From an uncultured Candidatus Saccharibacteria bacterium (lineage in GTDB: Bacteria; Patescibacteriota; Minisyncoccia; Phycocordibacterales; UBA9973): a DNA stretch of 64,000 nt. The number at the start of each line of letters is the position of its first letter. The first letter of the stretch is position 1. This document shows positions 20,981 through 31,855 of this stretch, one piece after another. The notes under the pieces were generated by a model. That model searched no databases. It worked only from the letters and a program-made list of their open reading frames with translations, and was not told the origin of the DNA. The translations under genes were made by a program, and so were the position numbers. The DNA lies in NCBI GenBank assembly GCA_964544225.1, contig CAZIZK010000004.1, positions 883 to 64,882 of the forward strand, written 5' to 3'.

Positions 20981-22279
20981 ATGAATACAAAAATAAAAAA
21001 AGTAAATAAAGAACCTCTTACATCTGTAAAGGGCATGCGTGATATTATCGGCGACCGATATTACAACTTCCAAGGCTTCTTTGAAAAGGCTCAGGAGATA
21101 TCGGTATACTACGGCTTCAAGCCGATCGACACTCCAATAGTCGAGAATGAAGAAGTATTTACATCATCTATCGGTATCGGTACCGATATAGTGGACAAGG
21201 AGATGTATACACTGAAAACCAAAGGTGGCGACCACCTAGCTATGCGCCCAGAGCACACAGCCGGCACAATGCGTAGCTATATAGAGAACGGCATGCAGTC
21301 ACAGCCACAGCCAGTATTGTTCTACAATTATGGACCAATATTCCGCCACGACAAACCTCAGAAGGGTCGCTATCGTCAGTTCTGGCAGTTCGACATGGAT
21401 GCTCTAGGTAGTGAAAAGAGTATCCTCGATGCACTTGTTATAAAGACTGCTTGGACCATACTCGAGGAAGCAGGTGCTACGAACTTGTCTGTAGATATCA
21501 ACTCTATTGGTGACAAAGATTGTCGCAATGGGTACCTAAAAGAACTTGTAAATTATTACAAGAAGCATATCAATGTACTACCAGCAGTAGATCGCGAGAG
21601 GCTAAAGGTCAATCCCCTACGCATACTCGACTCAAAAGAGGAAAAGACTATCGAGCTGAACCAAGGTGCCCCAGACACACTGTCACACCTATGCCCGGCT
21701 TGTAAGAAGCACTTCAAAGAAGTTCTAGAATACCTAGAACAGATGGAGATACCATACACACTGAACAAATGTCTAGTACGCGGTTTGTCATACTACACAC
21801 GCACTGTGTTTGAGATAATGATCCCAAATGAAGAGGATGGCAAGATGATCACTATCGCCTCAGGTGGACGATACGACTACCTAGGCCGACAGCTTGGTAG
21901 CAAGAAGGATATCCCAGCAGTAGGTTCCAGTATCGGAGTTGACCGTGTAGTTGAAGCCCCATGGTTTGCTAACTTGGCACCTCGCATATCAAAGAAGCCA
22001 AAGATGTATTTCATCCAGCTAGGCTTCGATGCAAAGTTAAAGTCACTCAATGTTATTGAGATCCTTCGCAAAGCAAAAGTTCCAATAGCACAATCAATAT
22101 CCAAAGATAGTCTTGGTGCACAGCTAGCAATAGCTGAGAAAATGGGTGTAAAATATACAATCATATTCGGCCAGAAGGAAGCTCTGGAGAACTCGGTAAT
22201 AGTCCGCGACATGAGCACCCGATCCCAAGAAACAGTTCAGATAAAGAAATTGTTAGATTATATAAAAGAATTGAAATAA
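20981..22279 (+). CDS. hisS: Histidine--tRNA ligase
   Basis: KGMRD, RPEHTA, PQKGRYRQF, LVRGLSYY, GGRYD. Confidence 0.96.
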   Translation: MNTKIKKVNKEPLTSVKGMRDIIGDRYYNFQGFFEKAQEISVYYGFKPIDTPIVENEEVFTSSIGIGTDIVDKEMYTLKTKGGDHLAMRPEHTAGTMRSYIENGMQSQPQPVLFYNYGPIFRHDKPQKGRYRQFWQFDMDALGSEKSILDALVIKTAWTILEEAGATNLSVDINSIGDKDCRNGYLKELVNYYKKHINVLPAVDRERLKVNPLRILDSKEEKTIELNQGAPDTLSHLCPACKKHFKEVLEYLEQMEIPYTLNKCLVRGLSYYTRTVFEIMIPNEEDGKMITIASGGRYDYLGRQLGSKKDIPAVGSSIGVDRVVEAPWFANLAPRISKKPKMYFIQLGFDAKLKSLNVIEILRKAKVPIAQSISKDSLGAQLAIAEKMGVKYTIIFGQKEALENSVIVRDMSTRSQETVQIKKLLDYIKELK

Positions 22280-22281
22280 AA

Positions 22282-22821
22282 ATGGTAAAGATAGTACAAG
22301 ATGGCCACAAAGTACTAAGGCAGATAGCCATGGAGGTCCCAATAGCTGATATAAAAACTCCAAAGATTCAAAAAGTACTAAAGGATATGTCCAAAGCTCT
22401 GTCATCGCAAGACGATGGTGTAGCTATCGCTGCGCCTCAGATAGCCGTACCTTTGCGTATATTCGTGATTGCCGGCAAAGTATTCGACGACGACTTTATA
22501 CGTGGTGCACAAATAGATAAAGACAAGCCAACTTCACACAAGGATATGGTGTGTATCAACCCAACATTCAAGAAGGTGTCTAGCGATAAGAAATTAATGC
22601 AAGAAGGTTGCCTATCAGTGCGCCCACTGTATGGAAAGGTCCGCCGTGCTACACGCGCAACTATCGAGGCCTACAATGAAGAAGGGGTACAGTTTACTCT
22701 ATCTGGTAGTGGACTACTTGCCCACATATTCCAACACGAGATAGACCACCTCGAAGGTATCTTATTCATAGATAAAGCCCAAAACATACATGAATCAACA
22801 AGTGAAGAAGAATATAAATAA
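22282..22821 (+). CDS. def: Peptide deformylase
   Basis: GVAIAAPQ, EGCLS, QHEIDHLEG. Confidence 0.96.
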   Translation: MVKIVQDGHKVLRQIAMEVPIADIKTPKIQKVLKDMSKALSSQDDGVAIAAPQIAVPLRIFVIAGKVFDDDFIRGAQIDKDKPTSHKDMVCINPTFKKVSSDKKLMQEGCLSVRPLYGKVRRATRATIEAYNEEGVQFTLSGSGLLAHIFQHEIDHLEGILFIDKAQNIHESTSEEEYK

Positions 22822-23638
22822 TATAAATTTTGCATTCTGGGGTACACCCGAAGTAGCAAGCACCACCCTGCAATTGTTAATCGATGCGGGTTATATGCCA
22901 TGCGTAGTTATAACGAACCCAGACAGGCCTGCAGGCCGTGGCCTTGCCCTGACCCCAAGTCATGTAAAAATACTCGCTGAAAAATACAATATAAAAGTAC
23001 TCCAACCAGAAAAGATTACAGAGGAATTCGTAAATGAATTTTCAAACTATTCTATAGATCTAAATATTGTTGTGGCTTATGGCAACATATTACCAAAAAG
23101 TATTATCGATATGCCTGTATATAGCACGCTCAATATCCACTATTCCCTACTTCCTAAATACCGCGGTGCAGCACCCCTGGAAGGCGCATTACTCTCTGGT
23201 GACAAAGTCACAGGCGTAACTATTCAAAAGATGGTCTACAAGCTCGACGCGGGTGACATAGTAGCCAGTAAAGAAGTAGCTATCGATGACAGTATCGACA
23301 AAGAATCCTTACGTACAATATTGATCGACACAGGGGCACAACTCCTCATAGATACATTACCAGACTATACAATAGGCAATATAACACCAACCCCCCAGGA
23401 CGAAAGTATGGCTTCGCATATCGGCAAGATAAAAAAGGAAGACGGCAAGATAGATATCGGTGATGATGCAATTGTAAATTACAATAAATATCGTGCATAT
23501 AGTGGCTGGCCTGGAATATACTATTTCGATGAAAGTGGCAAAAGGGTCAAGATAACAAAAGCCCGCCTTGAAGGTGGCAGGTTTGTTATCGAACGTATCA
23601 TACCCGAAGGTAAAAGTGAGAGGGATTATCTATTGTAA
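22790..23638 (+). CDS. fmt: Methionyl-tRNA formyltransferase
   Basis: FWGTP, VVAYG, NIHYSLLPKYRGAAP, LDAGD. Confidence 0.95.
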   Translation: MNQQVKKNINNINFAFWGTPEVASTTLQLLIDAGYMPCVVITNPDRPAGRGLALTPSHVKILAEKYNIKVLQPEKITEEFVNEFSNYSIDLNIVVAYGNILPKSIIDMPVYSTLNIHYSLLPKYRGAAPLEGALLSGDKVTGVTIQKMVYKLDAGDIVASKEVAIDDSIDKESLRTILIDTGAQLLIDTLPDYTIGNITPTPQDESMASHIGKIKKEDGKIDIGDDAIVNYNKYRAYSGWPGIYYFDESGKRVKITKARLEGGRFVIERIIPEGKSERDYLL

Positions 23639-23994
23639 CTCTTTATACCTTTTAGCAATTTCTTTACGCTAGAGGCTCCGCGCTTGAACAGTGTCTGCCC
23701 GCGGTCTTTTGAGTGTGTAAGCTTGCGGACCACTTCATCACGAACTTCATCGATAGTTGCATACAGATCCTCGCCTGTTGCGTCGGCGAAGAACTTCTTG
23801 CCAGCTGATAATACATTAAACTCGGCTTTGTATACATCACCATTCTTGTGGTGATTAGTTGTCTTGCCGACTTCTACGTGGATAGTATAGTCGCCTTCCT
23901 TTAGGAATTTAGTAACATTGTCCATCCTTTTGTTTACATAATCCTCTATTGCACTTGTAAGTTCTATGTTTGTTGCTTTTATATTTATACTCAT
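23626..23994 (-). CDS. hpf: Ribosome hibernation factor (HPF/RaiA)
   Basis: INIKATNIELTSAIEDYV, DLYATID. Confidence 0.9.
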   Translation of the reverse strand: MSINIKATNIELTSAIEDYVNKRMDNVTKFLKEGDYTIHVEVGKTTNHHKNGDVYKAEFNVLSAGKKFFADATGEDLYATIDEVRDEVVRKLTHSKDRGQTLFKRGASSVKKLLKGIKSYNR

Positions 23995-24051
23995 AAATAT
24001 ATTATAACAAAATTATTGGAGATAAGAAAAGGAATACGGTATAATGAATGT

Positions 24052-24918
24052 ATGAATAAAATGTGGCACATAATGAAAGGTATGTTAGTGATGCTGTACT
24101 TGGCATTACTTTTAAATATAATGCTCAATAATACAAGCATAGCTATGCTATACGACTTCCCTATATGGTTCCTACCCGTTATTGCCTTTGCTAGTGTATT
24201 TATTATCAGTATTCGGTACATCCAAGCTAGTCTCGCAAGTGACGAGATCGAGCATGAGTTCGTATCGATAGTAAATCATACATTCCGTACCCCACTGACC
24301 AGCATGTCATGGTTCGCCAAGGAGCTGGAAAAGGAACTGCCTCGCGAAGAACGTATCAACTACCTTCAAGGCATGATCAACTCTACCGATAGGATACTGG
24401 GTATTGTCGACTTACTAGCAGGTATAAAGAATGTAAACGATATTTCCAGTTATGCATTCGAAGCCGTGTCACTTCGTGAAATGGTGGAAAAGTCGCTAAT
24501 GAAGCATCGCGACCAGATTAGTAAAAAAGGTATCAATCTGCAAGTCGCCGTATTCAATGATATACCATTCCTTACTGCTGACCTGAAGAAGATATCACTC
24601 GTTATTGATGTCTTGGTAGAGAATGCCATATTCTATACACCAGAAAAAGGCAATATCACAATAGGCTGTGAAAAGAAGAGGCGCAAGATAGTATTCTTTG
24701 TAAAAGACACTGGCCTAGGGCTCACTTGGACTGACAAGTTTAAACTATTCTCCAAGTTCTATCGCTCAAGTTCCGCAAAGAAGATGAATACCGACGGTAT
24801 GGGCCTGGGCCTCTACCTTGCTCGGATTATCGTTGAACGTCACCATGGGCGTATATATGCACGCTCCAGTGGCCGCAACACTGGGTCAACATTCTACGTA
24901 GAATTACCATTACACTAA
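24052..24918 (+). CDS. Membrane sensor histidine kinase (no adjacent response regulator)
   Basis: Two TMs, H-box NHTFRTPL, ENAIFY, DTGLG, GMGLGL. Confidence 0.9.
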   Translation: MNKMWHIMKGMLVMLYLALLLNIMLNNTSIAMLYDFPIWFLPVIAFASVFIISIRYIQASLASDEIEHEFVSIVNHTFRTPLTSMSWFAKELEKELPREERINYLQGMINSTDRILGIVDLLAGIKNVNDISSYAFEAVSLREMVEKSLMKHRDQISKKGINLQVAVFNDIPFLTADLKKISLVIDVLVENAIFYTPEKGNITIGCEKKRRKIVFFVKDTGLGLTWTDKFKLFSKFYRSSSAKKMNTDGMGLGLYLARIIVERHHGRIYARSSGRNTGSTFYVELPLH

Positions 24919-24920
24919 TA

Positions 24921-24957
24921 CAAAATTAAAACACCCCATTGGGGTGTTTTAATTTTG
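24921..24957. terminator. Bidirectional terminator
   Basis: CAAAATTAAAACACCCC-att-GGGGTGTTTTAATTTTG. Confidence 0.8.
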
Positions 24958-24970
24958 TTAATCTTTCAGA

Positions 24971-25516
24971 TTATATACTTACCTTGTCAGATTCTGCTTT
25001 TGGTTCTGAATCTGTAGATGTTGTACCACAAGCTTTTGCATCTGTCTTAAATGTAGCATATGCAGCTTTGCGAGCAGTCTTCATTGTACTGTGTGCAGAC
25101 TTTGAAGCAGTGTTAAAAGCTTTCCATGCATCGTTGCGAGCTTTTACGCGAGTTGATTTGTCTGTCTGGTCATATGCAGCCTCAAGAGCAGCCTTGCGAG
25201 TTGTAAGTGCTTGCTTCATTGAAGCTGTAAGTGTATCAAATGCAGTTCCAAGAGCTTCTTCGCGCTTTGATACAGCAGTCTTTGTACAAGCGATATCTTC
25301 AGTTTTTGATACCTTTACCTTGTTCTGACGTTCCTTCATATCCTTTAACTTGTCCTCCATGTACTTTACGCGATCCTCAACTTTTTTACCATTATTTGCT
25401 GTATTAGCACTTGTTGTTGTAGGTGTTGCTGTTGTAGTTGTTGTAGAAGTCTCTGCCATTGCAAGAGGTGCTACGATAAACATAAATGCTGCTAAGATAA
25501 ATGCGAATTTTTTCAT
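24971..25516 (-). CDS. Secreted helical hypothetical protein
   Basis: Signal peptide (AMA-E), Thr-rich linker, Ala/Lys-rich helices with a Cys pair. Confidence 0.7.
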   Translation of the reverse strand: MKKFAFILAAFMFIVAPLAMAETSTTTTTATPTTTSANTANNGKKVEDRVKYMEDKLKDMKERQNKVKVSKTEDIACTKTAVSKREEALGTAFDTLTASMKQALTTRKAALEAAYDQTDKSTRVKARNDAWKAFNTASKSAHSTMKTARKAAYATFKTDAKACGTTSTDSEPKAESDKVSI

Positions 25517-25631
25517 ATTTTTTAAATAATTAAACTTTTAATAGACCTAATTATAGCACATTTCAATAAACCTCTATGCTATACATATTATGACGTACAG
25601 ATACCTCACTTGTTACAAAGAAATGTATTGA

Positions 25632-26198
25632 CTACTTTGTCTTTCGTGGTCTCAATATTAGCCCTGTCATTATAGAGTTCATGATTATCATAACTATCGA
25701 GTGCAACATCGTGGCTATATTATAAGCTTGGATCGAGAACAGTATCATAATATGTCGAACCACGTTCATACTATAAAGTATGGGTGTTTCTGTCTCTGGA
25801 TGATAGGCTGTTTTGCGAAGTGTAGGGATAAATGCAACCAGATCAATACACACAACAATTATCACTGATATTGTTGGGTCTTTTGTCAGGGCCCAAGGTA
25901 TCAGGCCAAGTAATGCTATCACCAGGAAGTATGTATCCTTGCGGACTATATCCTTGAAGCCGTATTGGAGCGAGAAGAAGAATATAACAATAGTAAATAT
26001 CTCAGACATAGCGATAGGCAGTGCCCCGATCCCTGCACCTTTTGCTAAAGCTCCAAAGAATGTTACCGCCGACACGATACTCCACACGAGCCATGTATAT
26101 GGGTGTGGTTGTATACGCCTTTTTATTACGTCACGCAAGTATGGTACATTACCGATGATAGCTATGACTCCGGCTATGATTGCAATAGTTTCTTTCAT
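25632..26198 (-). CDS. Multi-pass membrane protein
   Basis: About 7 hydrophobic segments; PYLRD...PHPYTW, PTLRK...PETE. Confidence 0.7.
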   Translation of the reverse strand: MKETIAIIAGVIAIIGNVPYLRDVIKRRIQPHPYTWLVWSIVSAVTFFGALAKGAGIGALPIAMSEIFTIVIFFFSLQYGFKDIVRKDTYFLVIALLGLIPWALTKDPTISVIIVVCIDLVAFIPTLRKTAYHPETETPILYSMNVVRHIMILFSIQAYNIATMLHSIVMIIMNSIMTGLILRPRKTK

Positions 26199-26267
26199 TA
26201 TTATTTAATTATAACATATAAAAATACCCCGCCGTAGGCGGGGTATTTTTATTAATCTTTTTATAGA

Positions 26268-26465
26268 TTATGCACGTTCAACGTTTACAGCACTTGGACC
26301 CTTTGGAGACTCTTCAGTCTGAAAAGATACAGTGTCGCCTTCGCGAAGTTCATCGAATGCTACTCCAACTAGAGAGTTGCTATGGAAGAAAAGATCCTTT
26401 GCCATACCATCAGCAGTGATGAAACCGAAACCTTTGTCAGTAAGCTTTTTTATAGTACCTGTCAT
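26268..26465 (-). CDS. cspA: Cold-shock protein
   Basis: KGFGFI and DLFFHS RNP motifs, KGPSAVNV. Confidence 0.93.
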   Translation of the reverse strand: MTGTIKKLTDKGFGFITADGMAKDLFFHSNSLVGVAFDELREGDTVSFQTEESPKGPSAVNVERA

Positions 26466-26583
26466 AAAGTTTTTTTTACTTATTTAATAATACAAAATAA
26501 AGATATAAAAAACCGACTCGTTCTATAATAGCTCTTTTGTCTATGTACTATAATAGTACATTTGAGATATTAAGTCAATAACC

Positions 26584-26730
26584 CTATTTTACAAGGCGTG
26601 ATATGCCCTTTCTCTTCTTGCCTTTTGACTTACTTGCCAACATTACCTTCTTAGCTGCTAGGCGCTTCTTTGTCTTTGGAGAACGCTTTGATTTTGGGTT
26701 TGGGCCCAATGTGTTACCTCTTTTTGCCAT
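26584..26730 (-). CDS. Small highly basic protein, 48 aa (not in ORF track)
   Basis: MAKRGNTLGPNPKSKRSPKTKKRLAAKKVMLASKSKGKKRKGISRLVK*; AT-rich leader; host-like codon usage. Confidence 0.65.
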   Translation of the reverse strand: MAKRGNTLGPNPKSKRSPKTKKRLAAKKVMLASKSKGKKRKGISRLVK

Positions 26731-26797
26731 ATAATTTAAAAAATTTATTAATTAATACTTGTATTTTACCCTAAAAGTGTCAAAAGTCCTAAGATAT

Positions 26798-27202
26798 TTA
26801 CTTGAACCAAGCCTTTTGCCAGCCTTTCATCATGTCTATCTCTTTTGTTTGAGCTGTGATTATTTCATTGGCCAATTTAATCAATTCTGGCTTTTTGGAA
26901 GTTTTTAATACAGCTTGTGCCATAACTACGGCACCTTCATGGTGCATAATCATTTCAGAAAGGAAAGCTTTGTCGAATTCATCGCCAACTTTTCCATCTA
27001 GACTTGCCATCATGCCCTTCATCATGTCGTCCATATTCATACCCACATTATGCATCATTTCACCATTTGGCATTTGGTGCATGCTACCCTCGGATGAATA
27101 CTTTCCATAACCTTTCATACCGCAATTACCCCAGATTAAAAATCCAACAACCAATCCAATAATAACCAACCCAAGAGAGTAAAAAACTTTTTTATTTTCC
27201 AT
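26798..27202 (-). CDS. DUF305 domain protein
   Basis: FDKAFLSEMIMHHEGAVVMA...IITAQTKEI; Met-rich linker. Confidence 0.88.
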   Translation of the reverse strand: MENKKVFYSLGLVIIGLVVGFLIWGNCGMKGYGKYSSEGSMHQMPNGEMMHNVGMNMDDMMKGMMASLDGKVGDEFDKAFLSEMIMHHEGAVVMAQAVLKTSKKPELIKLANEIITAQTKEIDMMKGWQKAWFK

Positions 27203-27259
27203 AAATTTTATAAATTAAATTAATAATTGTATATTTATACTATCATAAACCCTATCCTA

Positions 27260-29875
27260 TTACCTATATTTCATCTGTAATCTAAACACCCACTTTGCAA
27301 ACTCGACCAACAGTAGGTTAAAGATGCTCCACCCTACCACTAACCATAGCCATGATTTTGGCATTGGTGCTATGTCTAGAATATTCCTCATAAATGGTAC
27401 AGACATTGTAACAATGAGCAATACAATACCTGTAAAGATAGCTATATTTAATTTTCGATTTGCAAATGGATTATATGCAAATATTGGCTTGTGTAAACTT
27501 CTAAATGAAAAAGCGACAACCAATATATATACAGAGAAACATACAAAGAACACCGACCGTGCCACTTCCACCTGTACATTTAAACGTAATAGAAAGTAGT
27601 ATAGTAAAAATACCAGCAATGAACTAATAGTACCTATACCAAATGACAACGCCTTTACTTCTTTTGTTAGTAACTCTTTCTTTGAAGAACTCTTGCCTAG
27701 ACCTTTGTCTAGGTTTTCATCATATGCAAAGGCAAGTGCTGGCAAGCTACCAGTAAATAGATTTACCCATATTATTTGTAGGGCTGTAAGTGGTAGTGTT
27801 ATATTCATAATAAGGCTACCTCCTATTACAAATACTTCATCTAGTGAGTTGGACATCAGATATGTAAATGTCTTTCTGATATTTACCAATATACGCCTAC
27901 CTTCATCAATAGCCATACTTATAGTCTGGAAATTGTCATCCAACAATACAAGATCTGCGGCACTTTGTGCAACATCACTTCCAGAACCAAGTGATATGCC
28001 TATATCCATAGCTTTTAGTGCTGGAGCGTCATTGACACCGTCCCCTGTCATTCCTACGACTTCACCCAATTTGCGATACAACATTCCAATACGCAACTTG
28101 TCCTCGGGTGTAACACGAGCAAATATTTTTATCCTATTTATAACTTCCAAAAGTTGTATATCGGACATTGTGTGGATATCCTCACCAGTTAGCACCTCGT
28201 CATCGGCAATACTCCACCCGATACTACGTGCTACCGATATAGCAGTTCCCTTCAGATCACCTGTTATGATAACTACACGCACTCCATGTGACTCTATATT
28301 GGCAACAGCTTCCGGCACCTCCTCGCGTATAGGGTCAAAGAAAGATAGTATACCTTGGAATTTTATTTTCTCTATTGCATCTACTTTTATATCTGCAACA
28401 CTATTTTTGGGTAGAGTAGCTATAGCCACCAGTCTTTTACCATCATTACTTGCATTTTGAATCCAAGACATTATTTGGATATAAGTGTCCTTGTTCACAT
28501 CGGATCGTGCCAAGAGTATATCTGGAGCCCCCATAATTATTAGGCTATCTCCAGATACAGCTACTGAAAATTTATTAGTAGAGTTAAATGGTAAATTCAA
28601 AGAATTTTCTCTCAACACAATCTCTTGCAAGTTTATGCCATGCAAGACAGACGCTTTTGCAATATTAACTTCAAAGGGTCGCCCTGTAAATTTCCAATCT
28701 TTTTGATCATCATCTGGATTTTGTACTATTACATCAATATTCTTGAGTGACAACTTTAATATTTCTTTTTGTTCATCTGACAAGAAATTTATATTTTCTT
28801 CTGTATAATCTTGTTTTGCTAACGATTCAAATGAGTGCACCCCTGTTAATTGCATATCTGCCTTTGTCAGAGTTCCTGTTTTGTCGGTCATTATAAGTGT
28901 GGCCGAACCCAATGTTTCTGCTGCAGATAACTTACGAACGATACCCTTTTTCATTGCTATGCGCTCAGCACCTACGGACAATATAATAGTTAGTGCTATA
29001 GGCAACGATTCAGGCACTGCCCCTACTGCAACTGCTGCTGAAAGTATTAGCATTTCAAATATTGGTTCACCACGATATATACCGAGTGCAAATATACATA
29101 CTACAATAAGCATAACAATAAAGAATATGTACCAAGCCAGTCTGTTTACGCCCTTTTGTATTGGAGTGATCGCACGCTCTGTACTAGATACCAAGTCTGC
29201 TATCTTACCTATTTCGGTATTTATACCAGTAGCTACAACGACTGCAGTAGCAAACCCTTCAACAACAAGAGTTCCTGCATACACCATATTTATATGATCG
29301 GCTGTTATAGTATGCTCGGCAACTGTTTCAATTATCTTTGTTTCTGGAACCGACTCACCAGTCAGTATCGCCTCATCAACTTTAAAATTATTGACCGATA
29401 TAATACGTGCATCAGCTGGTACACGTGAGCCATATGAGAGCTTTATAATATCACCTGGTACAAGATATGAAGCATCTATCTCCTGTTCATTACCATTACG
29501 CAACACACGTGAGCGGTCCTTTATATATGTTGTCAATTTCTCTAAAGTATTTTCGGCTTGGTATTCACGGTAAAGCCCGAGGCCTACATTGATCAGTATT
29601 GCACCGATAATAACCGACATATTGACCCATTCATTCAGTATTCCAGTCAGGACTGATGCCGCCATCAATATAAATATAAGAGGACTTGCAAACTGTTTGA
29701 GAGCTAGCTTTGGTAAGCTTATACTGCCCTTACTTCTTAGGTTATTTGTTCCAAATAATTTTAATCGAGTTTGTACCTCTTTGTCTGACAATCCTTGTTC
29801 CGATGCTTGGAGCTCCTTCATAACATCATCAACAGTCAAGAACCAAGGGTTTTGTATCTTTATTTTTTCGTCCAT
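27260..29875 (-). CDS. Cation-transporting P-type ATPase (type II-like)
   Basis: LTGES, VPESLP, DKTGTLT, TGD, GDGVNDAPAL. Confidence 0.93.
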   Translation of the reverse strand: MDEKIKIQNPWFLTVDDVMKELQASEQGLSDKEVQTRLKLFGTNNLRSKGSISLPKLALKQFASPLIFILMAASVLTGILNEWVNMSVIIGAILINVGLGLYREYQAENTLEKLTTYIKDRSRVLRNGNEQEIDASYLVPGDIIKLSYGSRVPADARIISVNNFKVDEAILTGESVPETKIIETVAEHTITADHINMVYAGTLVVEGFATAVVVATGINTEIGKIADLVSSTERAITPIQKGVNRLAWYIFFIVMLIVVCIFALGIYRGEPIFEMLILSAAVAVGAVPESLPIALTIILSVGAERIAMKKGIVRKLSAAETLGSATLIMTDKTGTLTKADMQLTGVHSFESLAKQDYTEENINFLSDEQKEILKLSLKNIDVIVQNPDDDQKDWKFTGRPFEVNIAKASVLHGINLQEIVLRENSLNLPFNSTNKFSVAVSGDSLIIMGAPDILLARSDVNKDTYIQIMSWIQNASNDGKRLVAIATLPKNSVADIKVDAIEKIKFQGILSFFDPIREEVPEAVANIESHGVRVVIITGDLKGTAISVARSIGWSIADDEVLTGEDIHTMSDIQLLEVINRIKIFARVTPEDKLRIGMLYRKLGEVVGMTGDGVNDAPALKAMDIGISLGSGSDVAQSAADLVLLDDNFQTISMAIDEGRRILVNIRKTFTYLMSNSLDEVFVIGGSLIMNITLPLTALQIIWVNLFTGSLPALAFAYDENLDKGLGKSSSKKELLTKEVKALSFGIGTISSLLVFLLYYFLLRLNVQVEVARSVFFVCFSVYILVVAFSFRSLHKPIFAYNPFANRKLNIAIFTGIVLLIVTMSVPFMRNILDIAPMPKSWLWLVVGWSIFNLLLVEFAKWVFRLQMKYR

Positions 29876-30004
29876 ATTTTAATATTATACACTATAGTTA
29901 GTAATTTACTCGGGGCTATTGTGGACTGAGTTTGCATAGATAGGTGGGTTTTAAAATAAAAAAGCCGTACCAAAGTACGACTTTTTGTAAATATAAAGTT
30001 AATT

Positions 30005-30925
30005 TTATATCTTCTTTGGAAACAGGATAGATAAGACAATAGACGAAACAAGAGCAAACATTATAATACCCAGAGATAGTACAGAAGATAGGTGTATACC
30101 AAATATTCCAGCTACCATCTTGAGCCCTATAAATATCAGTATAAAAGCAAGGCCTTTCTGTAAATGATGGAACTTGTGCAAGACATTTTCAATCAGGAAG
30201 AACAATGCTCGCAAGCCCATAATAGCAAATATGTTGGATGTAAATACTACGAACATATTCTGAGAGATACTGAATACGGCTGGGATAGAGTCCACTGCAA
30301 AGATAATATCGGTAGCCTCTACCAGAAGAACGATCATAAATAGTGATGTAAAGTAAAATTTACCATTTTGCCTTACAAAGAACTTGCCACCATGATGAGA
30401 GTCGGTAAATGGCAGTATCTTGTGTGCAAATTTTACAACCTTGTTTTTCTTGAAGTCGATATGTTCCTCTTTCTTATTACTTAGCAATTTGATACCAGTA
30501 TATAGCAACAATGCGCCGAATACGTACAATATCCAGTGGAACTGGCTGATCACATACGCCCCTACTCCTATGAACAATGCGCGGAATATTATCGCCCCGA
30601 TAATACCCCAAAACAGGGCTTTGTGATGATACTTCTCCTCCAAGTTAAAGTAGCTAAATATCAGCAATATAACGAACAAGTTGTCTACTGACAACATCTT
30701 TTCAGTTATATATGCACTGAAGAATTCAACACCAGTATTCTTGTCTATAAAGAAGAATATGAGTGCCCCAAAAACCAAGGATATCCCTATCCAAAATAGT
30801 GACTGGTAAAGTGCAGGCTTGAACGCTATCTTGTGGCTCTTTTTATTAAAGAATCCGAGGTCAGCAACCAGGAACCCTACAACAATAACGCCAAATAATA
30901 CCCAGAGACTCGTTTGTGCTTCCAT
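30005..30925 (-). CDS. terC: TerC/Alx family metal homeostasis membrane protein
   Basis: EKMLSVDNLFV, DIIFAVDSIPA, SNIFAIMGLRALFF. Confidence 0.9.
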   Translation of the reverse strand: MEAQTSLWVLFGVIVVGFLVADLGFFNKKSHKIAFKPALYQSLFWIGISLVFGALIFFFIDKNTGVEFFSAYITEKMLSVDNLFVILLIFSYFNLEEKYHHKALFWGIIGAIIFRALFIGVGAYVISQFHWILYVFGALLLYTGIKLLSNKKEEHIDFKKNKVVKFAHKILPFTDSHHGGKFFVRQNGKFYFTSLFMIVLLVEATDIIFAVDSIPAVFSISQNMFVVFTSNIFAIMGLRALFFLIENVLHKFHHLQKGLAFILIFIGLKMVAGIFGIHLSSVLSLGIIMFALVSSIVLSILFPKKI

Positions 30926-31028
30926 ATAATGTTTATAATATATTATTTAATATAGATTATATACTAACAGATAATTAAAATAAACCAAAACTCATTCTAA
31001 TATGGTTTGTTGTCTCGACAATAATATA

Positions 31029-31826
31029 TTAAATCTTTAATGTTGCTATAAATCCTTTATGATCACTCACCCCTTCGAGGACCTCAAAACTTTCTACCAC
31101 CACATCAGAGCTGGTCATTATAGTATCTACCATTAGTTGCAAGTTTGGATTTCTGTGTAATTTTGGATCAATACTAGAAATTAAATCTTTCGGAACAATA
31201 TCTATCAATTCTTCGGCCAAAGCATCATATATTTGTTCCCCGCGTGGATTATTTAAATCTGAAGTGAAAATAATAGGATTATTTATCCCCTTAATTAAAG
31301 CAAGCATTCTGTCAAAATACCCAGATAATATTAGAAATTCTTTTACATATTCAGGATCTTTTTGAAAATGATTCTCCTCCCCTGGTAAATTATGATCGAT
31401 GACAGGAAAATGTGCAGTACAGATATTTACATTTTTAGTACCAACTTGAACATTTATTACAACAAGTGGTGCAAAAAAGCTGAATCTTTCTTTTAATCTT
31501 TTACCGTATGTTGAATCTAAATATTCTTTATTAAAAATGGGTAGTTCTTCTAATCCATTACCATCATAACGCAATATATCTTTTGAATTAATTTTTAGCC
31601 TTGAAAGGATCGCTGGACCCTCTTTGTCGATCAAATCACCATCTTTTATACCCAGCATTGGCGCAAAAATTAATTCATACCCTGCATCTTTTGCCAACTT
31701 TTCTATCTCATTTTGCATAGCTTCCTCGAAGCATGCGATGTCTGGCTGAATTTCTTGTAGCAACTTTCGGACTGCGTCGAGATGTTTATTACCTTCTATA
31801 TTTAAATGTAGAATTTTTAAACTCAT
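31029..31826 (-). CDS. Endonuclease/exonuclease/phosphatase (EEP) family protein
   Basis: LKILHLNI, PDIACFEE, AILSR, SDLN, VSDH. Confidence 0.85.
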   Translation of the reverse strand: MSLKILHLNIEGNKHLDAVRKLLQEIQPDIACFEEAMQNEIEKLAKDAGYELIFAPMLGIKDGDLIDKEGPAILSRLKINSKDILRYDGNGLEELPIFNKEYLDSTYGKRLKERFSFFAPLVVINVQVGTKNVNICTAHFPVIDHNLPGEENHFQKDPEYVKEFLILSGYFDRMLALIKGINNPIIFTSDLNNPRGEQIYDALAEELIDIVPKDLISSIDPKLHRNPNLQLMVDTIMTSSDVVVESFEVLEGVSDHKGFIATLKI

Positions 31827-31855
31827 TAATATTGATATTCTATCATATTCTTTAG

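Noticed and set aside
29876-31028. yybP-ykoY (Mn2+) riboswitch expected upstream of terC or the P-type ATPase
   Set aside because: Intergenic regions are short and AT-rich; only a GTCGAGAC hairpin is present and the GGGGAGTA-type core is not.
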